NCBI GenBank assembly: GCA_034667725.1
Contig: JAXDQS010000006.1
Coordinates: 28,863-92,862, forward strand
Length of the DNA stretch: 64,000 nt
Reading direction: 5' to 3'
Source: Thermoplasmata archaeon
Lineage (GTDB): Archaea > Thermoplasmatota > E2 > JACPAO01 > JAHFTW01
Part shown: piece by piece, positions 1-8,431 of the stretch
How positions within the stretch are numbered: the first letter of the stretch is position 1
Layout: each line of letters begins with the position of its first letter
Position numbers and translations under genes: made by a program
The notes under the pieces: model-generated
Told to the model about the DNA's origin: nothing
What the model saw: only the letters and a program-made list of their open reading frames with translations
Databases searched by the model: none

Positions 1-350
1 ATGGGGACCACGTTCTTGCGCGGCTCGACGTTCCACAAGAGGTCGCGGACGCTGCGGGGCGAGAACTCGACGGCGAACACGGTGCCGGCCGTGATGTCCG
101 ACAGGTGCGACACCGTGGTGCCTGACGCGGCGCCGAGGTAGAGGATGTCGTCCTTGCCGCCGAACCAGGGCGTGTCGGGGCGGTTGCGGACCAGGGCCGC
201 GAGCTTGCTGCGGAACGGGTTCCAGTTGCGGTACTCCTTGGCGCCGGCCTTGCGCAGCCGTTCGCCGTAGACCGCGTGGCCCGGCACCTTGTTCTCGGTC
301 CAGAGGAAGCCCTTGTCCTCGTAGCACCCGAACGCTTGCAGGCCGCGCAC
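1..350 (-). CDS. flpA: Fibrillarin-like rRNA/tRNA 2'-O-methyltransferase (partial, runs off window start)
   Basis: Manual translation from GTG at 350: ...NKVPGHAVYGERL...EYRNWNPFRSKLAAL...ILYLGAASGTTVSHLSDI...VFAVEFSPRSVRDL, which are the fibrillarin signature motifs; abuts the nop5 stop. Confidence 0.95.
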   Translation of the reverse strand, partial: MRGLQAFGCYEDKGFLWTENKVPGHAVYGERLRKAGAKEYRNWNPFRSKLAALVRNRPDTPWFGGKDDILYLGAASGTTVSHLSDITAGTVFAVEFSPRSVRDLLWNVEPRKNVVP

Positions 351-1568
351 TCAGCCACCTCCCCGGCCGGGCGGGCGCGCCGGCGCGTTGTCGGAGCGGA
401 ACGCGCCCTGCGGCTTCTTCTTCCACGGCCGGCGGTCGGGCCCGTCGCGGGGCGGGCCGCCGGGGCCAGGGCCGTCCCGAGGCGGCGGCGCGCGGGGCGG
501 GAAGTCCCGTGGCGCGTCGCGCGGCGGCGGCGCGCGGGGACCGTCCCGCGGCGGGTAGGACCGGGGCCCGTCGCGGGGCGGGAACGAGCGCGGACCGTCG
601 CGCGGCGGCCCGCGGCTCGGGCCCCGTTGCGGGAACGCCGGGCGGCCGCCCTTCTGGCGCGGGTCGAAGCGGGGGCGCGGCGCCGGCTTGCGCTTGGCGA
701 TGCGCTCCATGTCGGCCGCGAGCTGCTTGGCAAGGAAGTCGCGGAGGTCGTTCTTGGTGAAGGCGTCGGCCTTGGCGCCCGTGGCGGCGGCGAGGGCGAG
801 GGCGCGGGCAACAGCGCCGCGGGACCACGGCGGGGCCTGGTGGACCGACGGGTGCTGGAACAGGATGCCGTGCTTGGGCGGGCGGGTCCCCTCCTTGAGG
901 TGGCGGAACAGCGCGGTCTCGGCGCCCAGCAACTGCACCGTGCCGGAAGGCCAGGTGGCGAGGCGGGTGAGGCCGCCGGAGATCGCGATGAGGCGGGCGC
1001 CCAGGACGGGGCCGACGACGCTCGCGACGTTGGGGGCGACGGTCGCCATGAGGTCGGTGACGCGGGCCTCGAGGCTGCGCCAGGACTCGTGGACCGCCTT
1101 GAGGGCGCCGGCGAAGCCTTGCAGGACGGCGAGGTCGGCGGGGTCGAGGTCGGTGCCGAGGCTGGTGGTCGCGGCGGTGGCCATGTCGAGGGCGGCCATG
1201 ACGGCGGTGCGGTCGCCTTGGTCCGCGACCAGGCGGGCCAGCTGCTCGGCGTCGGGGACGGCGCGGGTGGCCTCGGGAGCGTGCAGGGCATACCACTCGC
1301 GCAGCCGCTCGACGAGGAGGTTGGCGGTGCGCACGAGGTCGTCGATGGCGCGGACCTCCTGGGCGAGGATGCGGTCGGCCTCGGCGTGCGACTGGGCCAG
1401 CTGGGTGCGGGCGCGCAGCAACGCGGCCTGGTGCAGCACGGCCATGTCGGTGCCGGGCGGGAGGGCCACGGGCTCGAACTTCAGGGTCCCGGGCTTGCCG
1501 TGCTCCTCCAGGTAGGCGGCGACGGCTGCGGCGTCGGGGGCACGGTCGGTCCACACCGGGCGGGGCAC
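351..1568 (-). CDS. nop5: Nop5/Nop56 box C/D sRNP protein with Pro/Arg/Asp/Gly-rich C-terminal tail
   Basis: ERLREWY, APNVASVVGPVLGARLI, PSGTVQLLGAETALFRHL, PPKHGILFQHP motifs; operon with fibrillarin. Confidence 0.93.
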   Translation of the reverse strand: MPRPVWTDRAPDAAAVAAYLEEHGKPGTLKFEPVALPPGTDMAVLHQAALLRARTQLAQSHAEADRILAQEVRAIDDLVRTANLLVERLREWYALHAPEATRAVPDAEQLARLVADQGDRTAVMAALDMATAATTSLGTDLDPADLAVLQGFAGALKAVHESWRSLEARVTDLMATVAPNVASVVGPVLGARLIAISGGLTRLATWPSGTVQLLGAETALFRHLKEGTRPPKHGILFQHPSVHQAPPWSRGAVARALALAAATGAKADAFTKNDLRDFLAKQLAADMERIAKRKPAPRPRFDPRQKGGRPAFPQRGPSRGPPRDGPRSFPPRDGPRSYPPRDGPRAPPPRDAPRDFPPRAPPPRDGPGPGGPPRDGPDRRPWKKKPQGAFRSDNAPARPPGRGGG

Positions 1569-1590
1569 AGCGCAGCCACGGCCCCGACCG

Positions 1591-1599
1591 CTTTAAGGG
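1591..1599. promoter_or_regulatory. Probable bidirectional TATA box (CTTTAAGGG)
   Basis: Only AT-rich patch, about 25 bp from both divergent starts (1568 and 1620), which fits leaderless archaeal transcripts. Confidence 0.5.
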
Positions 1600-1619
1600 A
1601 GTGGTCCCTGACAGAGGGC

Positions 1620-1817
1620 GTGGAGGAGGCCCGCGCCAAGTGGCTGTTCGCGCTGCTCTTGTGCCCGGCGTGCGGGCTGGGGCTGCTCTGGAGCCTGGGC
1701 GGCGCGGGGCTGGGGGCGGCGTTTGCGGCCAACGGCTGGGTGGTGGCCGGCATCGTGGCGCTCGTGGCGGGCGTCGTCGCCGCGTTGGTCGTGCGCCGGC
1801 GCCGGCGGGCGTGCTGA
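1620..1817 (+). CDS. Small 2-TM membrane protein with CPAC motif and terminal Cys
   Basis: 3' end of ORF 276..1817: EEARAKWLFALLLCPACGLGLLWSLGG...VVRRRRRAC; fills the gap between the TATA box and pyrD. Confidence 0.55.
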   Translation: MEEARAKWLFALLLCPACGLGLLWSLGGAGLGAAFAANGWVVAGIVALVAGVVAALVVRRRRRAC

Positions 1818-1846
1818 TTCAAGTCCGGCCCCGGCCTGCCGCCCCC

Positions 1847-2797
1847 GTGGACCTGCGGACGACCGTCACTGGCGTCGCCTTCGCCAACCCGCTGCTTTTG
1901 GCCTCGGGCATCCTGAACGAGACGGGCGCCAGCATGGCGCGCGCGGCCCGCGAGGGCGTCGGCGGCGTCGTCACGAAGTCCATGAGCCTCCAGCCGCGCA
2001 CGGGCCACGCCGGCCCGAACGTCGTCGAGGTCGAGGGCGGCCTGCTGAACGCGATGGGACTGCCCGGCCCCGGGCTCGACCATTTCGCCGAGGAGGTCGC
2101 GGTCGCGAAGAAGGGCGGCGCGGTGCTGGTCGGCAGCGTGTTCGGCGGCACCGCGGAGGAGTTCGCGGAGGCGGCGCGCAAGATGGCGGCGCTCGGCACG
2201 CCCGCGTTGGAGCTGAACGTCAGTTGTCCGCACGCCAAGGGCTACGGCTCCGAGATCGGCTGCGACCCGGCCCGCTTGTCCGAGGTGGTGCAGGCCGTCA
2301 AGGCCGCCGTCCAAGTCCCGGTCTGGGTCAAGCTCACGCCCAACACCGACAACGTCGCGCGGCTGGCGAAGGTGGCCGTCGAGGCGGGCGCGGACGCGTT
2401 GGTGGCGACGAACACCCTGAAGGCCATCACCATCCACCCGGAGATGCGGCGGCCGGTGCTGGGGAACCGCGTCGGCGGCTTGTCCGGCCATGCGTTGAAG
2501 CCGGTCGCGCTGCGGGCGGTCTGGGACTGCCATGCCGCCGGGCTGGGCGTTCCGATCGTCGCGAGCGGCGGCATCTACACCGCGCGGGACGTGGTGGAGT
2601 ATGCGTTGGCAGGCGCCAGTGCGTTCCAGGTCGGCACAGCCGTCATGCACGAGGGATGGGGCGTGTTCCGGCGGATTGCAGGCGACCTGACGGCCTGGAT
2701 GGAGGCCGAGGGCGTGGGGTCGCTGGAGGAGATTCGCGGCGCGGCGCACACGGCGGGGGCGCCGGTGCTGTCGAAGCAGGTGGGGACGGCGGGCTGA
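1847..2797 (+). CDS. pyrD: Dihydroorotate dehydrogenase, family 1 catalytic subunit
   Basis: NPLLLASG, VVTKS, LNAMGL, ELNVSCPH, VKLTPN, NT, GGLSG, SGGI motifs. Confidence 0.95.
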   Translation: MDLRTTVTGVAFANPLLLASGILNETGASMARAAREGVGGVVTKSMSLQPRTGHAGPNVVEVEGGLLNAMGLPGPGLDHFAEEVAVAKKGGAVLVGSVFGGTAEEFAEAARKMAALGTPALELNVSCPHAKGYGSEIGCDPARLSEVVQAVKAAVQVPVWVKLTPNTDNVARLAKVAVEAGADALVATNTLKAITIHPEMRRPVLGNRVGGLSGHALKPVALRAVWDCHAAGLGVPIVASGGIYTARDVVEYALAGASAFQVGTAVMHEGWGVFRRIAGDLTAWMEAEGVGSLEEIRGAAHTAGAPVLSKQVGTAG

Positions 2798-2800
2798 GCC

Positions 2801-5551
2801 CTACTTCTTCTGCCGTTCCTCAAGCACCGCGTGCGCCGCCGCCAACCGTGCAATGGGAAGCCGGTACGGCGAGCAAGACACGTAATCAAGGCCAGTCCGG
2901 TGGCAGAACTTCACCGAGTCGGGGTCGCCGCCGTGCTCGCCGCAAATCCCGACCTTCAGTTGCGGGCGCGCCTTGCGGCCTTTCTGGGTGCCCATCTCTA
3001 CGAGCTGCCCGACGCCGGACTGGTCCAGCGTGGAGAACGGGTCGGCGGGGACGATCTTGTGCTCCAGGTAGTGGCCCATGAAGGTGGCGGCGTCGTCGCG
3101 GCTGACTCCCAGGGTCGTCTGGGTGAGGTCGTTGGTGCCGAAGCTGAAGAACTCGGCGTTGCCGCGGGCGGGGTCGGCGATCTCGTCGGCCGTCAAGGCG
3201 GCGCGGGGCAACTCGATCATGGTGCCGACGAGGTAAGGGACCTCGATGCCTTGCTCGGCGAACACCTTGCGGGCCTCGTCGCGCACGCGGGTCTCCTGGT
3301 GCTTGAACTCGGAGGCGTGGCCGACGATGGGAATCATGATCTCGGGCTTGACCTGGATGCCGTCGCGGGCGACGGCGCAGGCGGCCTCGAGGATGGCGCG
3401 GGCTTGCATGCGGGTGATCTCGGGGTAGGTGATGCCGAGGCGGCAGCCGCGGTGGCCGAGCATGGGGTTGGCTTCCCGGAGGCTCTCGATGCGGTCCCGC
3501 AGCTCGGGCAGGCCGATGCCCATCAGGAGGGCCATCTGGCGTTGCTCGCGCTCCTCGTGGGGGAGGAACTCATGGAGCGGCGGGTCGAGCATCCGGATGG
3601 TGACGGGCTTGTCGCCCATGGCGCGGAAGATGCCCTCGAAGTCGGCGCGCTGGAGCGGGAGGATTTGCTTGAGGGCCTCCTCGCGCTCGGGGCGGGTCTC
3701 GGCGAGAATCATCTCGCGCATGTGCTCGATCTTGCCGGGCCCGAAGAACATGTGCTCGGTGCGGCACAGTCCGATGCCTTCGGCGCCGAACGCGATGGCG
3801 GTGTCGGCCTGGTCGGGCTGGTCGGCGTTGGCGCGGACGCGGAGCTTGCGGACGCCGTCGGCCATCGTGAGCAGGCGGTCGAACATGCGGTAGACGGGCG
3901 CCTCGGCGGGGGCGAGGGTCTTGTCGACCAGGACCTGGACGACTTCCGAGGGGAGGGTGGTGACCTTGCCGAGGATGACCTCGCCGGTGAAGCCGTCGAT
4001 GGAGAGCCATTCGCCCTCGCGCACGAGGCGGTCGCCGACGGCGAAGGCCTTGGCGCGCTGGTCGATGCGCAACGTGGAGCAGCCGGCGACGCACACCTTG
4101 CCCATCTGGCGGGCGACGAGGGCGGCGTGGCTGGTCATGCCGCCGCGGGCGGTGAGGAAGCCCTCCGAGGCGTGCATCCCGTGGATGTCCTCGGGGCTGG
4201 TCTCGTCGCGCACCAGGATGACCTGCTCGCCCTTGCGGCGCCACTCGACGGCGTCGTCGGCGGTGAACACGACGCGGCCGGTGGCGGCGCCGGGGCCGGC
4301 GTTGAGGCCCTTGGCGAGGATGCGGTGGGCCTTGACGGCGGCCTCCTTCTCCTTGGGGCTGAAGATGGGGCGCAGCAGCTGGTTGAGCTGGTCGGGGGCG
4401 ACGCGCAGCAGGGCCTCCTCGGGCTTGAGGATGCCTTCGTCGATCATCTCGAGGGCGATGCGGACGGCCGCGAACCCGGTGCGCTTGCCGGTGCGGGTCT
4501 GCAGCATGTACAGCTTGCCCTTCATCACGGTGAACTCGACGTCCTGCATGTCGCGGAAGTGGCCTTCGAGCTTCGCGGCGATGGCGAGGAGCTCCTTGTG
4601 CGCGGACGGGATCTCGTCGCCGAGGTGGGTGATGGGGCGCGGGGTGCGGATGCCGGCGACGACGTCCTCGCCTTGGGCGTTGCGGAGGAACTCGCCGTAG
4701 AACACCTTCTCGCCGGTGGAGGGGTCGCGGGTGAAGGCGACGCCGGTGGCGCAGTCGTCGCCCATGTTGCCGAACACCATCATCTGGACGTTGACGGCGG
4801 TGCCCATCTCGTGCGGGATCTTGTTGAGGTCGCGGTAGGTGATGGCGCGCTTGTTGTTCCACGACTGGAACACGGCCTCGATGGCGAGCTTGAGCTGCTC
4901 CTTGGGGTCCTGGGTGAACGGCTTGCCGGACTTCTCGCGGATGTAGGCCTTGTAGTCCTCGCAGAGCTGCTGGAGCGCCTCGGCGGGGACCTGGGTGTCG
5001 CGGTCGGTGCCGAGGCGGGCCTTGGCGGCCTTGAGGCGGTCCTCGAAGCCGTGGTGGGGCAGGCCCAGCACGACGTCGCCGAACATGGTGAGGAAGCGGC
5101 GGTAGGAGTCGTAGGCGAAGCGCGGGTTCTGGGTGAGCTTGGCAAGCCCCTCGACGGTGGCGTCGTTGAGGCCCAGGTTCAGCACCGTGTCCATCATGCC
5201 GGGCATCGAGATGGCGGCGCCGGAGCGCACCGACACCAAGAGCGGGTTCTGGGGGTCGCCGAAGCGGGCGCCGGCCTTCTTCTCCAGGGCGGACAGGGCG
5301 GTCCAGATCTCCTGCTCAAGGCCCGGCGCGAACTGCTTGGCCTTCTGGTACTCGATGCAGGTCTGCGCCGTGATGGTGAAGCCTGGCGGGACCGGGAGGC
5401 CGATGCGGCTCATCTCGGCCAGGTTGGCGCCCTTGCCGCCCAGGGTCGCCTTCATGCTGGCGTTGCCCTCCTCGAAGGCGTAGACCCGCTGCCCCATCGG
5501 GGCCTGGATGGCGGTCGTCGCGGCGGCCTTCTGGACCGGGCTGGACTTCAC
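2801..5551 (-). CDS. ppdK: Pyruvate, phosphate dikinase
   Basis: LGGKGANLAEM, PLLVSVRSGA, GGMTSHAA phospho-His motif, GLCRTEHMF, SFGTNDLTQ, GICGEHGG; start may instead be ATG at 5497. Confidence 0.97.
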   Translation of the reverse strand: MKSSPVQKAAATTAIQAPMGQRVYAFEEGNASMKATLGGKGANLAEMSRIGLPVPPGFTITAQTCIEYQKAKQFAPGLEQEIWTALSALEKKAGARFGDPQNPLLVSVRSGAAISMPGMMDTVLNLGLNDATVEGLAKLTQNPRFAYDSYRRFLTMFGDVVLGLPHHGFEDRLKAAKARLGTDRDTQVPAEALQQLCEDYKAYIREKSGKPFTQDPKEQLKLAIEAVFQSWNNKRAITYRDLNKIPHEMGTAVNVQMMVFGNMGDDCATGVAFTRDPSTGEKVFYGEFLRNAQGEDVVAGIRTPRPITHLGDEIPSAHKELLAIAAKLEGHFRDMQDVEFTVMKGKLYMLQTRTGKRTGFAAVRIALEMIDEGILKPEEALLRVAPDQLNQLLRPIFSPKEKEAAVKAHRILAKGLNAGPGAATGRVVFTADDAVEWRRKGEQVILVRDETSPEDIHGMHASEGFLTARGGMTSHAALVARQMGKVCVAGCSTLRIDQRAKAFAVGDRLVREGEWLSIDGFTGEVILGKVTTLPSEVVQVLVDKTLAPAEAPVYRMFDRLLTMADGVRKLRVRANADQPDQADTAIAFGAEGIGLCRTEHMFFGPGKIEHMREMILAETRPEREEALKQILPLQRADFEGIFRAMGDKPVTIRMLDPPLHEFLPHEEREQRQMALLMGIGLPELRDRIESLREANPMLGHRGCRLGITYPEITRMQARAILEAACAVARDGIQVKPEIMIPIVGHASEFKHQETRVRDEARKVFAEQGIEVPYLVGTMIELPRAALTADEIADPARGNAEFFSFGTNDLTQTTLGVSRDDAATFMGHYLEHKIVPADPFSTLDQSGVGQLVEMGTQKGRKARPQLKVGICGEHGGDPDSVKFCHRTGLDYVSCSPYRLPIARLAAAHAVLEERQKK

Positions 5552-5695
5552 GGCGCGTCCACCCCGCGGACCTGTAAAAGGGCGCTGGGGCGTAACCTGG
5601 CCCCTTCCAGAAGAAACGGTTCCCGGCCGTCGCGCGCCGACATTTAAGGACTTGGCCGCAAGTGCTTAAATCCCAGGCCGTGCCCAACCCGGTCG

Positions 5696-6679
5696 ATGAG
5701 CCGCCTTGCCCCCTCTGTCGCCGTGCTTGGGCTCGCGATGCTGCTGCTGGCCCCCGGCGCCCAGGCGTTGGCGGCGCCCCAGCTCTACTTCCTGCGCGAC
5801 CCTGACCCGCAGGCCCCCGTCGTCCCCACGCCGGCCGGCCCCGTCGGCGGCGGCAACCCCGTCCTGGACGGCATCCTGCTGCGCTACACGGTCCAGCCGG
5901 ACAACCGCCCCAACGCGACCACCGCGCAGACCCGGCTGGTGCTGCCCGCAACAGACGCCGCGGCCCCGGTGAAGTTCACCTCCTCCGGCGACATCGGCGC
6001 CCAGGCCCGCATCAAGGGCTCCCCGCTCATCGGCATCTGGGCCGGCGCCTCCGCCGTCGCGCACGGCAACCTCACCGTCATCCTGTACGAGTCGCACGAG
6101 GACGGCACCCTGCGCAGCCTGACCGAGGCCACCTTCAACCTGGACGTGGACTACAACAAGACGCCGGACCCCGCCCTGCTGGTGCCGCCGGTGCCGACCG
6201 TGGACCCCGCCAACCCGCAGAACGCCGCCCTCCAGGCCGTGTTCTACGAGTACGCACAGCTCGCGCCGTTCCTGTTGAAGGCCCCGCTGTGGAAGTTCCT
6301 GCCCCCGCTCGACACCACCTTCAACGCCACCAGCCAACTGGTGCTCGCCTTCCGCCTCGACCCGGCCCCCGGCGACGTCCCCACGCCAGCCCCGCTGCCC
6401 TTCCCGATCACCGATCCGCCCGCCCCCGTCGCGGCGTTCGCCCAGCTCGAGTACTTCGCGGCCGCCAAGCCCAGCTTCGTGCTGGTCCCCTGGGCCGCGC
6501 CGGACCCCGAGAAGCCGCCCGTGCAGCCGCCCTCGACCTCCAGCTCCACCAGCCGCCCACTCACCTCGAGCGGCGGCACGGGGCCGGCCGGCGAGAGCCA
6601 GGCCTCGCCCGCCCCGCTCGCGTTCGCGGCGGTGGCGGTGGCGGCCCTGCTGGCGCGCGCCCGCCGCAAGACCCGCTGA
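5696..6679 (+). CDS. Secreted/surface protein with S/T-rich linker and C-terminal TM anchor
   Basis: Signal peptide MSRLAPSVAVLGLAMLLLAPGAQA; ends SPAPLAFAAVAVAALLARARRKTR. Confidence 0.8.
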   Translation: MSRLAPSVAVLGLAMLLLAPGAQALAAPQLYFLRDPDPQAPVVPTPAGPVGGGNPVLDGILLRYTVQPDNRPNATTAQTRLVLPATDAAAPVKFTSSGDIGAQARIKGSPLIGIWAGASAVAHGNLTVILYESHEDGTLRSLTEATFNLDVDYNKTPDPALLVPPVPTVDPANPQNAALQAVFYEYAQLAPFLLKAPLWKFLPPLDTTFNATSQLVLAFRLDPAPGDVPTPAPLPFPITDPPAPVAAFAQLEYFAAAKPSFVLVPWAAPDPEKPPVQPPSTSSSTSRPLTSSGGTGPAGESQASPAPLAFAAVAVAALLARARRKTR

Positions 6680-6712
6680 CAACCCCCAACCGGGGCGCCC
6701 TGGGGCCGCCGT

Positions 6713-7336
6713 TCACCCGGCCCTGGGGTGTTCCAGGGGGATTTCGACGATCTCGGGCAACCCCTCGCCCAGCGCAAGCCGGCCTTCCGCCGCGGCCACG
6801 ACGTCGCGGTCGCTGGAGGTGGCCGGGTGGCGCGGGCCCAGCAGGTCGCACAATTCGGGGCCGACGCTGGTGTCGTGCGAGCCCCACGCCTTGGCGAGCC
6901 GGATGATGTCGGTCTTGTCGAGGCCGAGCACGGGCCGGAGCACGGGGCGCTTGGCCGCCGCCTCCAGCGTCACCAGGTTGGAGAGCGTCTGGCTGCTCAC
7001 CTGGGCGAGGTTCTCGCCGGTGGCGATGGCGTCCGCGCCCACTTGGTCCGCAAGCGCGTCGGCGAGCCGGTAGAACAGCCGCTTCTGGAGAAGGAAGTAG
7101 TAGCGGTGCGCGTCGCGGTCGTGCGGGATGCGGCCCAGCGTCTCGCCGATGCGCGCCACCCACAGCCGGGACAGCCCCATCTGGCGAGCGAGCACCTCGG
7201 CCTTGCGGACGGAGGCGTCGTCGGTGACCGGCTCGAAGCTGCAATGGAGCGCCTCCAGGCCGACGCCTTGGCGCAGCAGCATCCGGCCAGCTACGGGGGA
7301 ATCGAAGCCGCCGGAGAGCAGAAGGACCGCCTTCAC
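6713..7336 (-). CDS. thiI: ThiI-type tRNA sulfurtransferase, PP-loop domain only
   Basis: LLLSGGFDSPVA, TGENLAQVSSQTLSNL, VLRPVLGLDKTDII; GTG start chosen at VKAVLLLSGG. Confidence 0.8.
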   Translation of the reverse strand: MKAVLLLSGGFDSPVAGRMLLRQGVGLEALHCSFEPVTDDASVRKAEVLARQMGLSRLWVARIGETLGRIPHDRDAHRYYFLLQKRLFYRLADALADQVGADAIATGENLAQVSSQTLSNLVTLEAAAKRPVLRPVLGLDKTDIIRLAKAWGSHDTSVGPELCDLLGPRHPATSSDRDVVAAAEGRLALGEGLPEIVEIPLEHPRAG

Positions 7337-7394
7337 GGGCCGTGCGACGGGGTGGGCGACTTCAGGCCTTGCCTTCGCTCGGGCCGGCCAAGGT

Positions 7395-7690
7395 TCCCGC
7401 AGAGGGTCTGTGGAATTTGTTGCTGGCCCGCCAGGCCCAAAGCCAGGGTTCTGTGGAATCTGTGTCCACTCGGCGGCCCCGCGACCAGCACTGATTTCCC
7501 CAGATTCAGAAGATTCCCACAGAACGTCTGTGGAATCTGTGTCCAGTCGGCGGCGCGCGACGAGCACTGATTTGCACAGATTCGGAAGATTCCCTCAGAG
7601 ATCTGTGGAATCTGTGTCAGGGGGCGCTCTGTGGAATCTGTGTCCAGGTGGGGCGCTCTGTGGAATCTGTGTCCAGGGGTCCGTAGAATC
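7395..7690. repeat. Modular palindromic repeat array, copy 1
   Basis: Multiple CTGTGGAATCTGTGTCC units and GCACTGATTTxCxCAGATTCxGAAGATTCCCxCAGA units. Confidence 0.9.
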
Positions 7691-8046
7691 TAAGGCTCCT
7701 CGGTCCGCTCGACCCCGAAGCTGACCTTCAGGTTGACCTTGTACTCCAGGATTTCGCCGTCGCGGCACTTGACGCTCATGCCCTCCACCGACGCGCCCGT
7801 GATGCCCCGGGTGGTCTCGCGGGCGTCCTCCAGGCAGTTCTGGATGGCGCGCTCGAAGGAGTCGGTGCTGCTGCACACCAGCTCGACGATCTTGGCGGTG
7901 CGGTGGGCGTGGACCTGCCCCTCGCCGCTGCCCCAGGAGGAGTCCGTCATGCGGTCCTGCTCGGCGGTGGTGGCGCCGGCGCGGCGGCCGGTGGAGCGCT
8001 CGCTGGAGCGGCTGTTGTTGCTGTTGCTGCGGGAGTTGCGGGCCAT
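7690..8046 (-). CDS. Dodecin family protein with low-complexity N-terminal extension
   Basis: KIVELVCSSTDSFERAIQN...ARETTRGI...DGEILEYKVNLKVSF. Confidence 0.85.
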   Translation of the reverse strand: MARNSRSNSNNSRSSERSTGRRAGATTAEQDRMTDSSWGSGEGQVHAHRTAKIVELVCSSTDSFERAIQNCLEDARETTRGITGASVEGMSVKCRDGEILEYKVNLKVSFGVERTEEP

Positions 8047-8161
8047 GGGTTGCACCAGGCCGGCAGCATGGGCGCGGCGCTTTGGAAGGCCGCCTTCGCG
8101 GCAACCGCCGGCGCGCGGCCCGCGGCGACGGGTTTTAGGGGGCGCCGCCGTCGGCGCGGCC

Positions 8162-8431
8162 GTGACGCTGCTGCGGCCGTGCGCCACCTCCGCGGGCTTC
8201 ACCGCGACCCCGGAGCCGCTGCGTCGCGTCGACATGCGCCGGCTGAAGGCCGCGCTGGCGGGCGCCGGCTACACGGTGGTGGTGGACGCCAGCATCATCC
8301 TCATCGTCCGCAAGGGCGTCGAGTCGAGCTGCTACGACAACGGCAAGGTGCTCCTCAAGACCACCGACCGTGAGGCGGCGGAGCGCGCCTACGCGGAGCT
8401 TGCGCCGCTGGTGCAGGCCGCGTCGCGCTAG
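8162..8431 (+). CDS. Small hypothetical protein
   Basis: TLLRPCATSAGF...SCYDNGKVLLKTTDREAAERAY; coding-like codon use; TTTTAG about 25 bp upstream. Confidence 0.65.
   Translation: MTLLRPCATSAGFTATPEPLRRVDMRRLKAALAGAGYTVVVDASIILIVRKGVESSCYDNGKVLLKTTDREAAERAYAELAPLVQAASR

Noticed and set aside
2831-5647. Long antisense and Arg/Pro/Gly-rich alternative-frame ORFs throughout the window
   Set aside because: Shadow ORFs of GC3-biased genes with no family motifs
7395-7690. CRISPR interpretation of the three repeat arrays
   Set aside because: Intervening sequences are themselves repeated between arrays, spacing is irregular (about 29-76 bp), units are degenerate and no cas genes are present
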